This document shows positions 1 through 7,851 of a DNA stretch of 64,000 nucleotides, in pieces (positions within the stretch are counted from its first letter, which is position 1; every line of letters starts with the position of its first letter). The DNA is from Gammaproteobacteria bacterium. Lineage in GTDB: Bacteria; Pseudomonadota; Gammaproteobacteria; UBA6002. The notes beneath the pieces are model-generated. The model saw only the letters and a list, made by a program, of their open reading frames with translations, searched no databases and was not told the DNA's origin. The DNA lies in assembly GCA_020050845.1 (NCBI GenBank), contig JAGVJZ010000027.1:3331-67330 (forward strand), written 5' to 3'. The translations under genes and the position numbers were made by a program.

Positions 1-355
1 AGGGGTCTTAGATGCAACTGCTCGAGTGACAATCCAAATGTGTCATCGTTATGGCGCCTTCATTACTGTTTCTTACATCATACTCTTAGGCTTTTATATA
101 CTTTTTTCAGGGAAAACTTCTGTTCTTAAAAATACTGCAGGTATGGTGCTGTTAATTTTGGGCACTCAGGTTTTCTTGGGAATTTTAAATATTGCAACCT
201 CTTTATATTTACCCATTGCAGTTACTCACAACGCCGTCGCCTTATTACTTTTGTTATCGATGATTACCCTTCGTTATCAATTAACGGCGCCAGCGTATGA
301 GCGAATTGCAGTCGCTAAAAATGAAGCTTTCATTGCGGGAGAATTTTCATCATGA
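1..355 (+). CDS. ctaA: Heme A synthase (COX15/CtaA), 3' part only
   Basis: Frame open from window edge; hydrophobic helices with IQMCHR and AVTHN His motifs; directly upstream of heme O synthase. Confidence 0.85.
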   Translation, partial: GVLDATARVTIQMCHRYGAFITVSYIILLGFYILFSGKTSVLKNTAGMVLLILGTQVFLGILNIATSLYLPIAVTHNAVALLLLLSMITLRYQLTAPAYERIAVAKNEAFIAGEFSS

Positions 356-1227
356 AGTTTCACTCAGCGTGGCGAAATTATTACGAATTATGTAAACCAA
401 GAGTAGTTGCTTTGATGCTGTTGACTTCATTAGTTGGCATGCTTTTGGCGACAGATGAAATTCCTTGGCGCATTTTGTTTTTAGGCACAATTGGTATCGG
501 TTTATCTGCTGGTGCTGGTGGAGTTTTAAATCAATTAATCGATCGAAAGATTGATAGTGTTATGGGTAGGACTAAGCGAAGGCCCATACCAGCGGGCACT
601 GTTTCCCCAAAAAAAGCAGCTATTTTTGCTTTTTGCTTAAGTTTGGTTGGAATGTCGATATTGGTTTTTTTTGTTAATGCGCTGACTGCCGTGCTGACTT
701 TTATTACCTTAATTGGTTATGCATTTATTTACACTGTTTTTCTTAAAAGAGCGACGCCGCAAAATATTGTTATTGGTGGCTTAGCGGGTGCAACACCACC
801 CCTTTTGGGCTGGACCTCAGTGACTAATTCAGTAGATGCTTCTGTGTTGCTATTAGTCTTATTAATTTTTACTTGGACGCCCCCTCATTTTTGGGCACTT
901 GCAATTGCTCGGTATGAAGAATACGAAAAAGCTGAGATACCGATGTTACCGGTTACTCATGGTATTCGCTTTACCAAATTATGCATTGTTCTGTACACCG
1001 TTTTGATGGTCCTGATATCAGTCCTGCCGTATGTCGTGAATTTAAGCGGTATTATTTATTTAGCCGGAGCTTTAGTTTTAGGGACGATTTTTATAATAAA
1101 AAGTGTTGCTCTATATAAGAGCGATAGTCGTGAGGTTGCGATGAACACATTTTATTTTTCCATTTTTTACTTAATGGTCATGTTCTTTATATTGTTGATT
1201 GATCATTATTACTTTATATGCCAATAG
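352..1227 (+). CDS. ctaB: Protoheme IX farnesyltransferase (heme O synthase)
   Basis: KPRVV, DRKIDSVMGRTKRRP, LKRATPQNIVIGG, WTPPHFWAL motifs. Confidence 0.96.
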   Translation: MKFHSAWRNYYELCKPRVVALMLLTSLVGMLLATDEIPWRILFLGTIGIGLSAGAGGVLNQLIDRKIDSVMGRTKRRPIPAGTVSPKKAAIFAFCLSLVGMSILVFFVNALTAVLTFITLIGYAFIYTVFLKRATPQNIVIGGLAGATPPLLGWTSVTNSVDASVLLLVLLIFTWTPPHFWALAIARYEEYEKAEIPMLPVTHGIRFTKLCIVLYTVLMVLISVLPYVVNLSGIIYLAGALVLGTIFIIKSVALYKSDSREVAMNTFYFSIFYLMVMFFILLIDHYYFICQ

Positions 1228-1238
1228 GAGATGTATGA

Positions 1239-1889
1239 ATGTCTAAGAGTAATGCTAAACGCCAAATTTTATATGTTGGAGTTGCTTTCGCATTAATTGC
1301 GCTGTTGTTCGGAGCTTGGTCTCAATTTAACTTACATAATAAGGGGCCCAAAGAGTTAGTGTTAAAAAATGGCACTGCTTTTCCGCAACCTCGTATTATT
1401 GAACAATTTGCTCTACAAAACGCACCAAACGGTACGCCGTTTACTAATGAACAACTCAAAGGTCATTGGAGCATGATGTTTTTTGGTTTCACACATTGTG
1501 CGAGTTTATGTCCTACCACCTTAACTACGCTGAATCGATTTTATCAAACGTTAGAAACTGCAAATTTTAAAAATCTACCACAAGTAATATTTGTTTCTAT
1601 CGATCCAGAACGAGATGATCTTAATCGTATTGCAACCTATGTGACTTCATTTAATAAGAATTTTCAGGGCGCAACAGGTGATGAAGAGAAGCTGGATAAG
1701 TTAACTGATGAATTAAATATTCTTTTTACCAAAGTTAATCCTAATAAGGATGAAGATTATCAAATTGATCATAGTGGGACAGTATTACTGTTTGATCCGC
1801 AAGGACATTTGGCAGGATTATTTTCACCACCTATTGAAGCAAATGCTTTGGCAGAGGATTACCAAGCAATTGTTAAAAGCAAATCATAA
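1239..1889 (+). CDS. SCO1/SenC copper chaperone
   Basis: FFGFTHCASLCP (CxxxC), SIDPERD, IDHSG; N-terminal TM anchor. Confidence 0.93.
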   Translation: MSKSNAKRQILYVGVAFALIALLFGAWSQFNLHNKGPKELVLKNGTAFPQPRIIEQFALQNAPNGTPFTNEQLKGHWSMMFFGFTHCASLCPTTLTTLNRFYQTLETANFKNLPQVIFVSIDPERDDLNRIATYVTSFNKNFQGATGDEEKLDKLTDELNILFTKVNPNKDEDYQIDHSGTVLLFDPQGHLAGLFSPPIEANALAEDYQAIVKSKS

Positions 1890-1903
1890 GGATTTTGTAA
1901 CTG

Positions 1904-2362
1904 ATGCGTTGTAAGCTGATATGGATTAGTCTGCTACTAGTTGTATTTTTAAGTGCTTGTAAGCCAGATGCAGTTGATATTTATGGTCGACCCATTCAGA
2001 TGTCTAATTACAAAGGACGTTGGGTCGTCATAAATTATTGGGCCACTTGGTGCACACCTTGTATTAGTGAAATTGCAGAATTAATTAAACTCAAAACTTA
2101 TTATCCGCAAGTGGTAATTTTGGGAGTAAATCCAGATAATCTGGATAAAAATGTTTTACAACAGTTGTCTCAAGATTATGGCGTTAATTATGACTTTTTA
2201 ACTGAATTTCCAATTGAAGATTGGGGTGGCAAGAAGCCAACAGACTTACCGGTTACCTTTATCATTTCTCCCAAAGGAAAACTCTACCAAACTCTAGTAG
2301 GCCCACAAACGCTAAGCAGTTTTCAATCCGTCATGAATCTTCCCCCCATTACTTATCAATAG
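1904..2362 (+). CDS. TlpA-family thiol:disulfide oxidoreductase, probable lipoprotein
   Basis: INYWATWCTPC motif, LPVTF cis-Pro, LSAC lipobox. Confidence 0.9.
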   Translation: MRCKLIWISLLLVVFLSACKPDAVDIYGRPIQMSNYKGRWVVINYWATWCTPCISEIAELIKLKTYYPQVVILGVNPDNLDKNVLQQLSQDYGVNYDFLTEFPIEDWGGKKPTDLPVTFIISPKGKLYQTLVGPQTLSSFQSVMNLPPITYQ

Positions 2363-2370
2363 GAATAACA

Positions 2371-2652
2371 ATGCCGAAAGTGTGTAAACATTTTTATGTC
2401 AGTGGCAGAGTTCAAAACGTCTTCTTTCGAGATTCCACCCGTAAAAAAGCTCAAGAGTTGTCACTATGTGGTTGGGTAAGAAATTTGGCGGATAGAAGAG
2501 TAGAAGTGTTAGCCTGTGGTGACGAGGAAAATGTTAAAGCTTTAGCAAAATGGTTATGGCAGGGTCCTCCTGCTGCGAAGGTCACGGAGGTGCTTGAAAC
2601 TGACCATGAAATAATTGATCACGCTGAATTTTCGATTAAATACGATGACTAA
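2371..2652 (+). CDS. acyP: Acylphosphatase
   Basis: VSGRVQNVFFR, GWVRNLADRRVE, GPPAAKV; start re-set to ATG 2371 after AGGA RBS. Confidence 0.9.
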   Translation: MPKVCKHFYVSGRVQNVFFRDSTRKKAQELSLCGWVRNLADRRVEVLACGDEENVKALAKWLWQGPPAAKVTEVLETDHEIIDHAEFSIKYDD

Positions 2653-3950
2653 TTTATAGGAAATTTTGCAATAAGATAAAGAGGGTAATTACAAATATCA
2701 TGATCTTGATTTAAATTTAATAAAGTAGCACGTGACACAAAGGGTAGATCATATTTTTCTTGATAAACCCGTAAGCTTTTATGTTTTGTTCTGCTGCCTG
2801 CTTTTACTTCCAAAGGTAAAATTTGATCATCGATAGCAACTACAAAATCTACTTCTGACCTTCCTTCGCTAGTCCAATAGTATAGTTTATCGTCAAATTT
2901 TGCTTTGAGTTCCTGTGCGACATAATTTTCGGTTAAAGCGCCTTTAAATTCTGTAAACAAGTTATCACCTTCAACAATAATTTTAGGCATTAATTGACTC
3001 ATAGCGCCAAGTAAACCCACATCTACTAAAAAAACTTTAAAAATATTTTTATCCGCATAACTATTAATAGGTAATCGTGGTGTCGAGACATGAAAGGATT
3101 TATAGATTAGTCCAGCATCAGTTAGCCACTGTAAAGCAGTTTCATATTCGCGTGCACGAGCACTTTTACTTAGAGCTGAAAAAATAAATTTTTTATTTTC
3201 CTTGGCTAGCTGCCCTGGTATTGACTCCCAAATAGTTGTTATTTTCATGATTTCATTGGCTGGAGCATGTTTAGCGAAATCTGCTAAGTAGCCATTCAAA
3301 ATTTCTTGATGTACGGAGCGCACTAAATAAAAATCGTTTGTATCAATATATGTTTTTACAGCTTCTGGCATACCGCCAACGACCAAATAGTACTTTAATA
3401 TACTAATTAATTGTTCATGAATAGGTACTGGCAAAGGTTCAAAGCTTTTAAGTTTCTCCAAAAATTCTCTTAGTTTTTGCTTGCCGATAGCATCGAGAAA
3501 TTCAAAAAAATTTAATGGGTATAAATCTAAAAAATTTATTTTCCCTACAGGAAACCCTTTATCCCTCACTAACTTGACGCCTAGTAATGAACCCGCCGCA
3601 ATGATATCGATATCATTTGCTTGTTCATTAAAGTACTTAAGACTCGTTAAAGCATTAGGGCATTCCTGAATTTCATCGAATATAACTAAGCTAGTTTCCG
3701 GTTTAATTTGTTTGTCTAGATATAAGTTAAGATTTTGGATAATAATTTGCGGGTTCAAATTGCCATTAAAGAAATCTTTTAAAGTCGGATTTTCCTCAAA
3801 ATTTAGATAACAAAAATCCTGATACTCTTTCTTAGCAAATTCTTTTAATAAATAGGTCTTGCCTACTTGTCTAGCTCCTCGCACAACCAGAGGCTTACGG
3901 CGAGCAGAAGTTTTCCAGGAGAGTAATCGTTCATAAGCGTCACGTTTCAT
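2649..3950 (-). CDS. AAA_14-type ATPase fused to DUF4143 / C-terminal PD-(D/E)XK nuclease-like domain
   Basis: Walker A GARQVGKT, Walker B FDEIQ, GGMPE, DVGLL, C-terminal EVDFVV...PLEVKA. Confidence 0.88.
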   Translation of the reverse strand: MKRDAYERLLSWKTSARRKPLVVRGARQVGKTYLLKEFAKKEYQDFCYLNFEENPTLKDFFNGNLNPQIIIQNLNLYLDKQIKPETSLVIFDEIQECPNALTSLKYFNEQANDIDIIAAGSLLGVKLVRDKGFPVGKINFLDLYPLNFFEFLDAIGKQKLREFLEKLKSFEPLPVPIHEQLISILKYYLVVGGMPEAVKTYIDTNDFYLVRSVHQEILNGYLADFAKHAPANEIMKITTIWESIPGQLAKENKKFIFSALSKSARAREYETALQWLTDAGLIYKSFHVSTPRLPINSYADKNIFKVFLVDVGLLGAMSQLMPKIIVEGDNLFTEFKGALTENYVAQELKAKFDDKLYYWTSEGRSEVDFVVAIDDQILPLEVKAGSRTKHKSLRVYQEKYDLPFVSRATLLNLNQDHDICNYPLYLIAKFPIN

Positions 3951-3960
3951 AATTACATCT

Positions 3961-4070
3961 TATCAAAACGTGATATTAATCACAATATTCCTTCGGAAAA
4001 AGTGATAATTTTCACATTATTCGTACCAAAAACGTGATGATTATCACGTTTTTCGAACGAATAATGTGAT
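3961..4070. repeat. Tandem array of 32-bp palindromic units (3 full + 1 partial), core GTGAT-N4-ATCAC
   Basis: Cores start at 3970, 4002, 4034, 4066 (exact 32-bp period); 4012-4069 is also a large imperfect inverted repeat. Confidence 0.85.
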
Positions 4071-4090
4071 AGTCTGGGTAACAGTTTGTA

Positions 4091-4633
4091 TTAAAAGGAG
4101 TTTTTGATTTTCAAAATCCCAGCCACCGCGTGAGCTAAATCAGGATAAATAGGCAATTCAATACCATTAAGTTCTTCCACTGTTCGATGGCCATTACCAG
4201 TCAGCACTAAAACAGGATTGGCTTTGACAGTCAGTGCCGCTTGGATATCGCGTAATGAATCACCAATGCAGATAGCTTGCTCAAGAGGTTGCTGGAAATG
4301 TTCTGCTATTTCTTTGAACATTCCCGCTTGGGGTTTTCGACAGAGACAGTTGTCTTCAGGTAAATGTGGGCAATAGAATATTCCATCCACAGTGGCACCA
4401 TGCTGTGCTAGGGCATCGGTCATTTTTGAATGGATTTTTTTCAAAGTGGCTTCATTATACAGTCCTCTGGCAAGGCCAGATTGGTTGGTTGCTATCGCAA
4501 CGATAAAGCCTGCTTTTTTTAATTTTGCGATTGCTTCGAGGCTTCCTGGAATAGGTAGCCATTCATCTGGTGTCTTAATATAAGCATGAGACTCTTCATT
4601 GATAACTCCGTCCCGGTCCAAAATAATTAACAT
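4091..4633 (-). CDS. gmhB: D-glycero-D-manno-heptose 1,7-bisphosphate phosphatase
   Basis: LDRDGVIN, TNQSG, CPHxxxxxCxCRKP, IGDS HAD motifs. Confidence 0.93.
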   Translation of the reverse strand: MLIILDRDGVINEESHAYIKTPDEWLPIPGSLEAIAKLKKAGFIVAIATNQSGLARGLYNEATLKKIHSKMTDALAQHGATVDGIFYCPHLPEDNCLCRKPQAGMFKEIAEHFQQPLEQAICIGDSLRDIQAALTVKANPVLVLTGNGHRTVEELNGIELPIYPDLAHAVAGILKIKNSF

Positions 4634-5586
4634 GGTTCACCTAAAATTGTTATGTGGAGTTTGATTTGGTCACCCCTCGCGTTGAGAAAATCGTTAACGC
4701 TTATGGGTTTGCCTCCTGGCAGTTGTATTTTTTTTAAGTAAATACTTCCTCTTTGAGTGGCCACTTCAATGCCATGATGATCGATGCCAATGACTTTCCC
4801 TGCGACTTCTTCTGAGAGGCTGGTGTTGGCAATTTCTGCTTCCCAAATTTTGAACAGATTGCCATTGAGATAAGTAAATGCAACGGGCCAAGGATTAAAA
4901 GCCCGGATGTGACGATCAATTCGCTGAGCGCAATCGTGCCAATTAATGCGCGCTTCTTCTTTGGTAATTTTGGCTGCATAAGTGGCAAGAGTATTGTCCT
5001 GCGCAATTGGGGTAATGTGCTGCCTGCTTAACTCTTCAAGTGTTGTTAATAAACTTTTGGCGCCAAGTTCAGCTAGGTTGTCGTGTATGGTTTGGGCGCT
5101 ATCTTGAGGTGCTATGTGATAATTTTCTTTGTGCAACATGGCGCCAGTGTCTAAACCTTCATCAATCTGCATGATTGTGACCCCGGTGACCTCATCTCCT
5201 GCTAGCAAAGCTCGTTGGATAGGCGCTGCACCTCGCCACCTTGGAAGTAAAGAAGCATGTATGTTAATACAGCCATATTTAAAAAAAGGAAAAATCTCTT
5301 TGGGAAGTATCAAGCCATAGGCAATCACTATCATCACGTCCGCTCTAAAACCGCTAAGTTGCCTTTGGGTGTCTGCATCCTTTAAATTAACAGGTTGAAG
5401 AATAGGGACTTGGGGATAGCGTTCGATGCATAGTTTCTTGACAGCGCTTGGTTGCAACTTTAAGCCACGACCAGAAGGACTGTCAGGTTTGGTGTACACA
5501 GCGCAAACGGTGTGATGTTTCATTAAAGCTTCTAATGAAGGACATGCAAATTCGGGAGTCCCCGCAAAAACAATCCTTAAGCTCAT
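4627..5586 (-). CDS. fmt: Methionyl-tRNA formyltransferase
   Basis: FAGTPEFA, INIHASLLPRWRGAAP; follows def. Confidence 0.97.
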   Translation of the reverse strand: MSLRIVFAGTPEFACPSLEALMKHHTVCAVYTKPDSPSGRGLKLQPSAVKKLCIERYPQVPILQPVNLKDADTQRQLSGFRADVMIVIAYGLILPKEIFPFFKYGCINIHASLLPRWRGAAPIQRALLAGDEVTGVTIMQIDEGLDTGAMLHKENYHIAPQDSAQTIHDNLAELGAKSLLTTLEELSRQHITPIAQDNTLATYAAKITKEEARINWHDCAQRIDRHIRAFNPWPVAFTYLNGNLFKIWEAEIANTSLSEEVAGKVIGIDHHGIEVATQRGSIYLKKIQLPGGKPISVNDFLNARGDQIKLHITILGEPC

Positions 5587-6125
5587 TAATCATCAGCCCA
5601 TTTTTTTAACTTAGAAAGCTTTTTATCGATCCGTTGTCTTTTAAGCCGTGAAAGCCGATCAATAAAAATAATACCATTAAGATGGTCAATTTCGTGTTGT
5701 AAGAGCTTTGCCATATAACCTTCACCCTCTATTTCAAAGGGTTTACCCTCACGATCAAATGCCTTAACGATTACTTTATAAGCACGTGTAGTAATTACTT
5801 CATAAACGCCACCAGGGACAGACATACAACCTTCAGGTTCTTCGAGTTGACCTTCGCTGAAGATAACTTCAGGATTGATCAGACAAAGTGCGGCATCCTT
5901 AGGAGGATCGCGTTGTGCCAAACGGTAGTCATAAAGAACGGTAATTTTTTTAGGATGTTCAAACGCCAGTTGAGTGGCGGCCAGCCCGGCACAATTCTCA
6001 GTGTTATGAAGTGTTTCGAGCATATCATCAACAACTTTTTGTAACTCTTCTCCAAAATCAGTTACATACTCTCCCGTCTTTCCTAATCGGGCATCAGGAT
6101 ATTGTAAGATAGGTACTATTGGCAT
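5586..6125 (-). CDS. def: Peptide deformylase
   Basis: CAGLAATQ, EGCMS, QHEIDHLNG; def-fmt order, divergent from dprA. Confidence 0.95.
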   Translation of the reverse strand: MPIVPILQYPDARLGKTGEYVTDFGEELQKVVDDMLETLHNTENCAGLAATQLAFEHPKKITVLYDYRLAQRDPPKDAALCLINPEVIFSEGQLEEPEGCMSVPGGVYEVITTRAYKVIVKAFDREGKPFEIEGEGYMAKLLQHEIDHLNGIIFIDRLSRLKRQRIDKKLSKLKKWADD

Positions 6126-6271
6126 GTTTGTTTCTCAAAATTAAATAAAGACTGACAAGAAATTAGGCTAAAAAAATCCTGTCGTCAATCCCTTAAGTTG
6201 GCTAATCTCATAAAACTACAGTGATTTTCACAGTATCGTCAATCTACTTCTTGTTTTGTTACATTGCTCTT

Positions 6272-7378
6272 ATGAAACTAACTATTGACGAACTTTCATA
6301 TTGGCTAGCCCTAGTTAAGGTACCTCGTTTAGGTCCTCGAGGGGTTTTCAAACTTTTGAAAAACGTTGGAGAAATAAAGGAGCTATTTAGTCGAGATCGA
6401 GGTTTCTACGAAACGTTTGGGCTTTCAGCTGAACAAATAAAACATTTCATGTCTCCCAGTTGGCAGAGCGTGGAAGCAGACCTTAACTGGTGCGATTGTG
6501 GAGTTGACCATAATATCTTGTCGATTATTTGTGAGGACTATCCTAAACAACTGCTCACTATTCCAGACCCACCCCCCATCATTTATGTCGCAGGCTCCAG
6601 TACTATTTTAAACCAGCTTCAGGTGGCCATCGTTGGTTCACGTCGATCGACTCCAGAAGGCAAAGAAGTTGCTTTTGAAATCGCCAAAAATTTAGCAGAG
6701 CAGGAGATCACTATTACGTCAGGGTTGGCGCGAGGGATTGATACTGCTGCCCACTTGGGAGCATTGAATAGTGGTCGGACAATTGCCGTTATTGGCACTG
6801 GCATTGACGTGACTTATCCACTGTCGAACCATGAATTGGCGGGGCGTATTATCCAAGAAGGTGCGATTATATCTGAATTTAGCTTAGGAACGCCTCCGCT
6901 GCCGGAGCATTTTCCCCAACGTAATCGTCTTATTAGTGGCTTAGCGTTAGGGACTTGTGTAATCGAAGCAGCTGAAAAAAGTGGCTCACTGATTACAGCT
7001 AAATGTGCTGTTGAACAAGGCCGAGAGGTATTCGCTGTTCCAGGCTCGATACGAAATCACCATACAAAGGGGTGTCATCAGCTTATTAAGCAAGGCGCCG
7101 CCTTAGTGACCTGTGCCCAAGATATCTTGCTAGAACTAGGGATTAATTCAAAGAATCAACCGAATTGTTCGCTTGCTGGTAAAATAAGTGAATATTTTGA
7201 ACTTGAAGAGCCTCACCTGAAACTGTTAGAGTGTATTGGTTATGAGCCTGCTAAAATCGATCTTTTAGTTGAGCGTAGTGATTTTTCTGTGAGTCAACTC
7301 GCGCCACTGTTATTAGATCTTGAGCTATCAGGCCACATAACTAGCAGTTACAGCGGTTACCGACGAGTGTCCTACTAA
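6272..7378 (+). CDS. dprA: DNA processing protein DprA/Smf
   Basis: AIVGSR, SGLARGID, FPQRNRLISGL, SGSLITA; start re-set to ATG 6272. Confidence 0.95.
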   Translation: MKLTIDELSYWLALVKVPRLGPRGVFKLLKNVGEIKELFSRDRGFYETFGLSAEQIKHFMSPSWQSVEADLNWCDCGVDHNILSIICEDYPKQLLTIPDPPPIIYVAGSSTILNQLQVAIVGSRRSTPEGKEVAFEIAKNLAEQEITITSGLARGIDTAAHLGALNSGRTIAVIGTGIDVTYPLSNHELAGRIIQEGAIISEFSLGTPPLPEHFPQRNRLISGLALGTCVIEAAEKSGSLITAKCAVEQGREVFAVPGSIRNHHTKGCHQLIKQGAALVTCAQDILLELGINSKNQPNCSLAGKISEYFELEEPHLKLLECIGYEPAKIDLLVERSDFSVSQLAPLLLDLELSGHITSSYSGYRRVSY

Positions 7379-7851
7379 TGAAAGAAGATATGTTTGAAGT
7401 ATTGATGTATTTATTTGAAAATCACATGCAAAGCAGTTGTAGATTGCATGTTACTGAGGACGTGCTGATCGCCGAATTAGAAAAAGCGGGTTTTAATTCC
7501 TTAACCGTCGATAAAGCCTTATGTTGGCTTGATGGTTTACTATTTATCCAGGAACAAACCGTACCATTAGCCTCTTGTAAGTCATTTCGGGTATTTTCAC
7601 CCTATGAAAATCAAAAGCTTAACCTTGAAATTATTAGTTTTCTGCTATCCTTAGAAAATATGGGCATTCTAAATACCATTACCCGTGAACTAGTGATCGA
7701 TCGTTTAATGGCCATCGAAGAGCACGAAATAGATTTACCACAGGTCAAATGGGTAATACTTCTAGTCTTGTTTAACCAGCCAGATGAAGAAGCCGCTTTA
7801 GCATGCATGGAGAACTTGGTTTTAGAAAATACCGCTTATGGGTTACATTAA
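7378..7851 (+). CDS. smg: Smg protein (DUF494)
   Basis: MFEVLMYLFEN start, VKWVILLVLFNQP; dprA-smg-topA synteny. Confidence 0.93.
   Translation: MKEDMFEVLMYLFENHMQSSCRLHVTEDVLIAELEKAGFNSLTVDKALCWLDGLLFIQEQTVPLASCKSFRVFSPYENQKLNLEIISFLLSLENMGILNTITRELVIDRLMAIEEHEIDLPQVKWVILLVLFNQPDEEAALACMENLVLENTAYGLH

Noticed and set aside
3961..4070. CRISPR array interpretation of the 32-bp repeats
   Set aside because: Units are contiguous and degenerate with no unique spacers; no cas genes in the window
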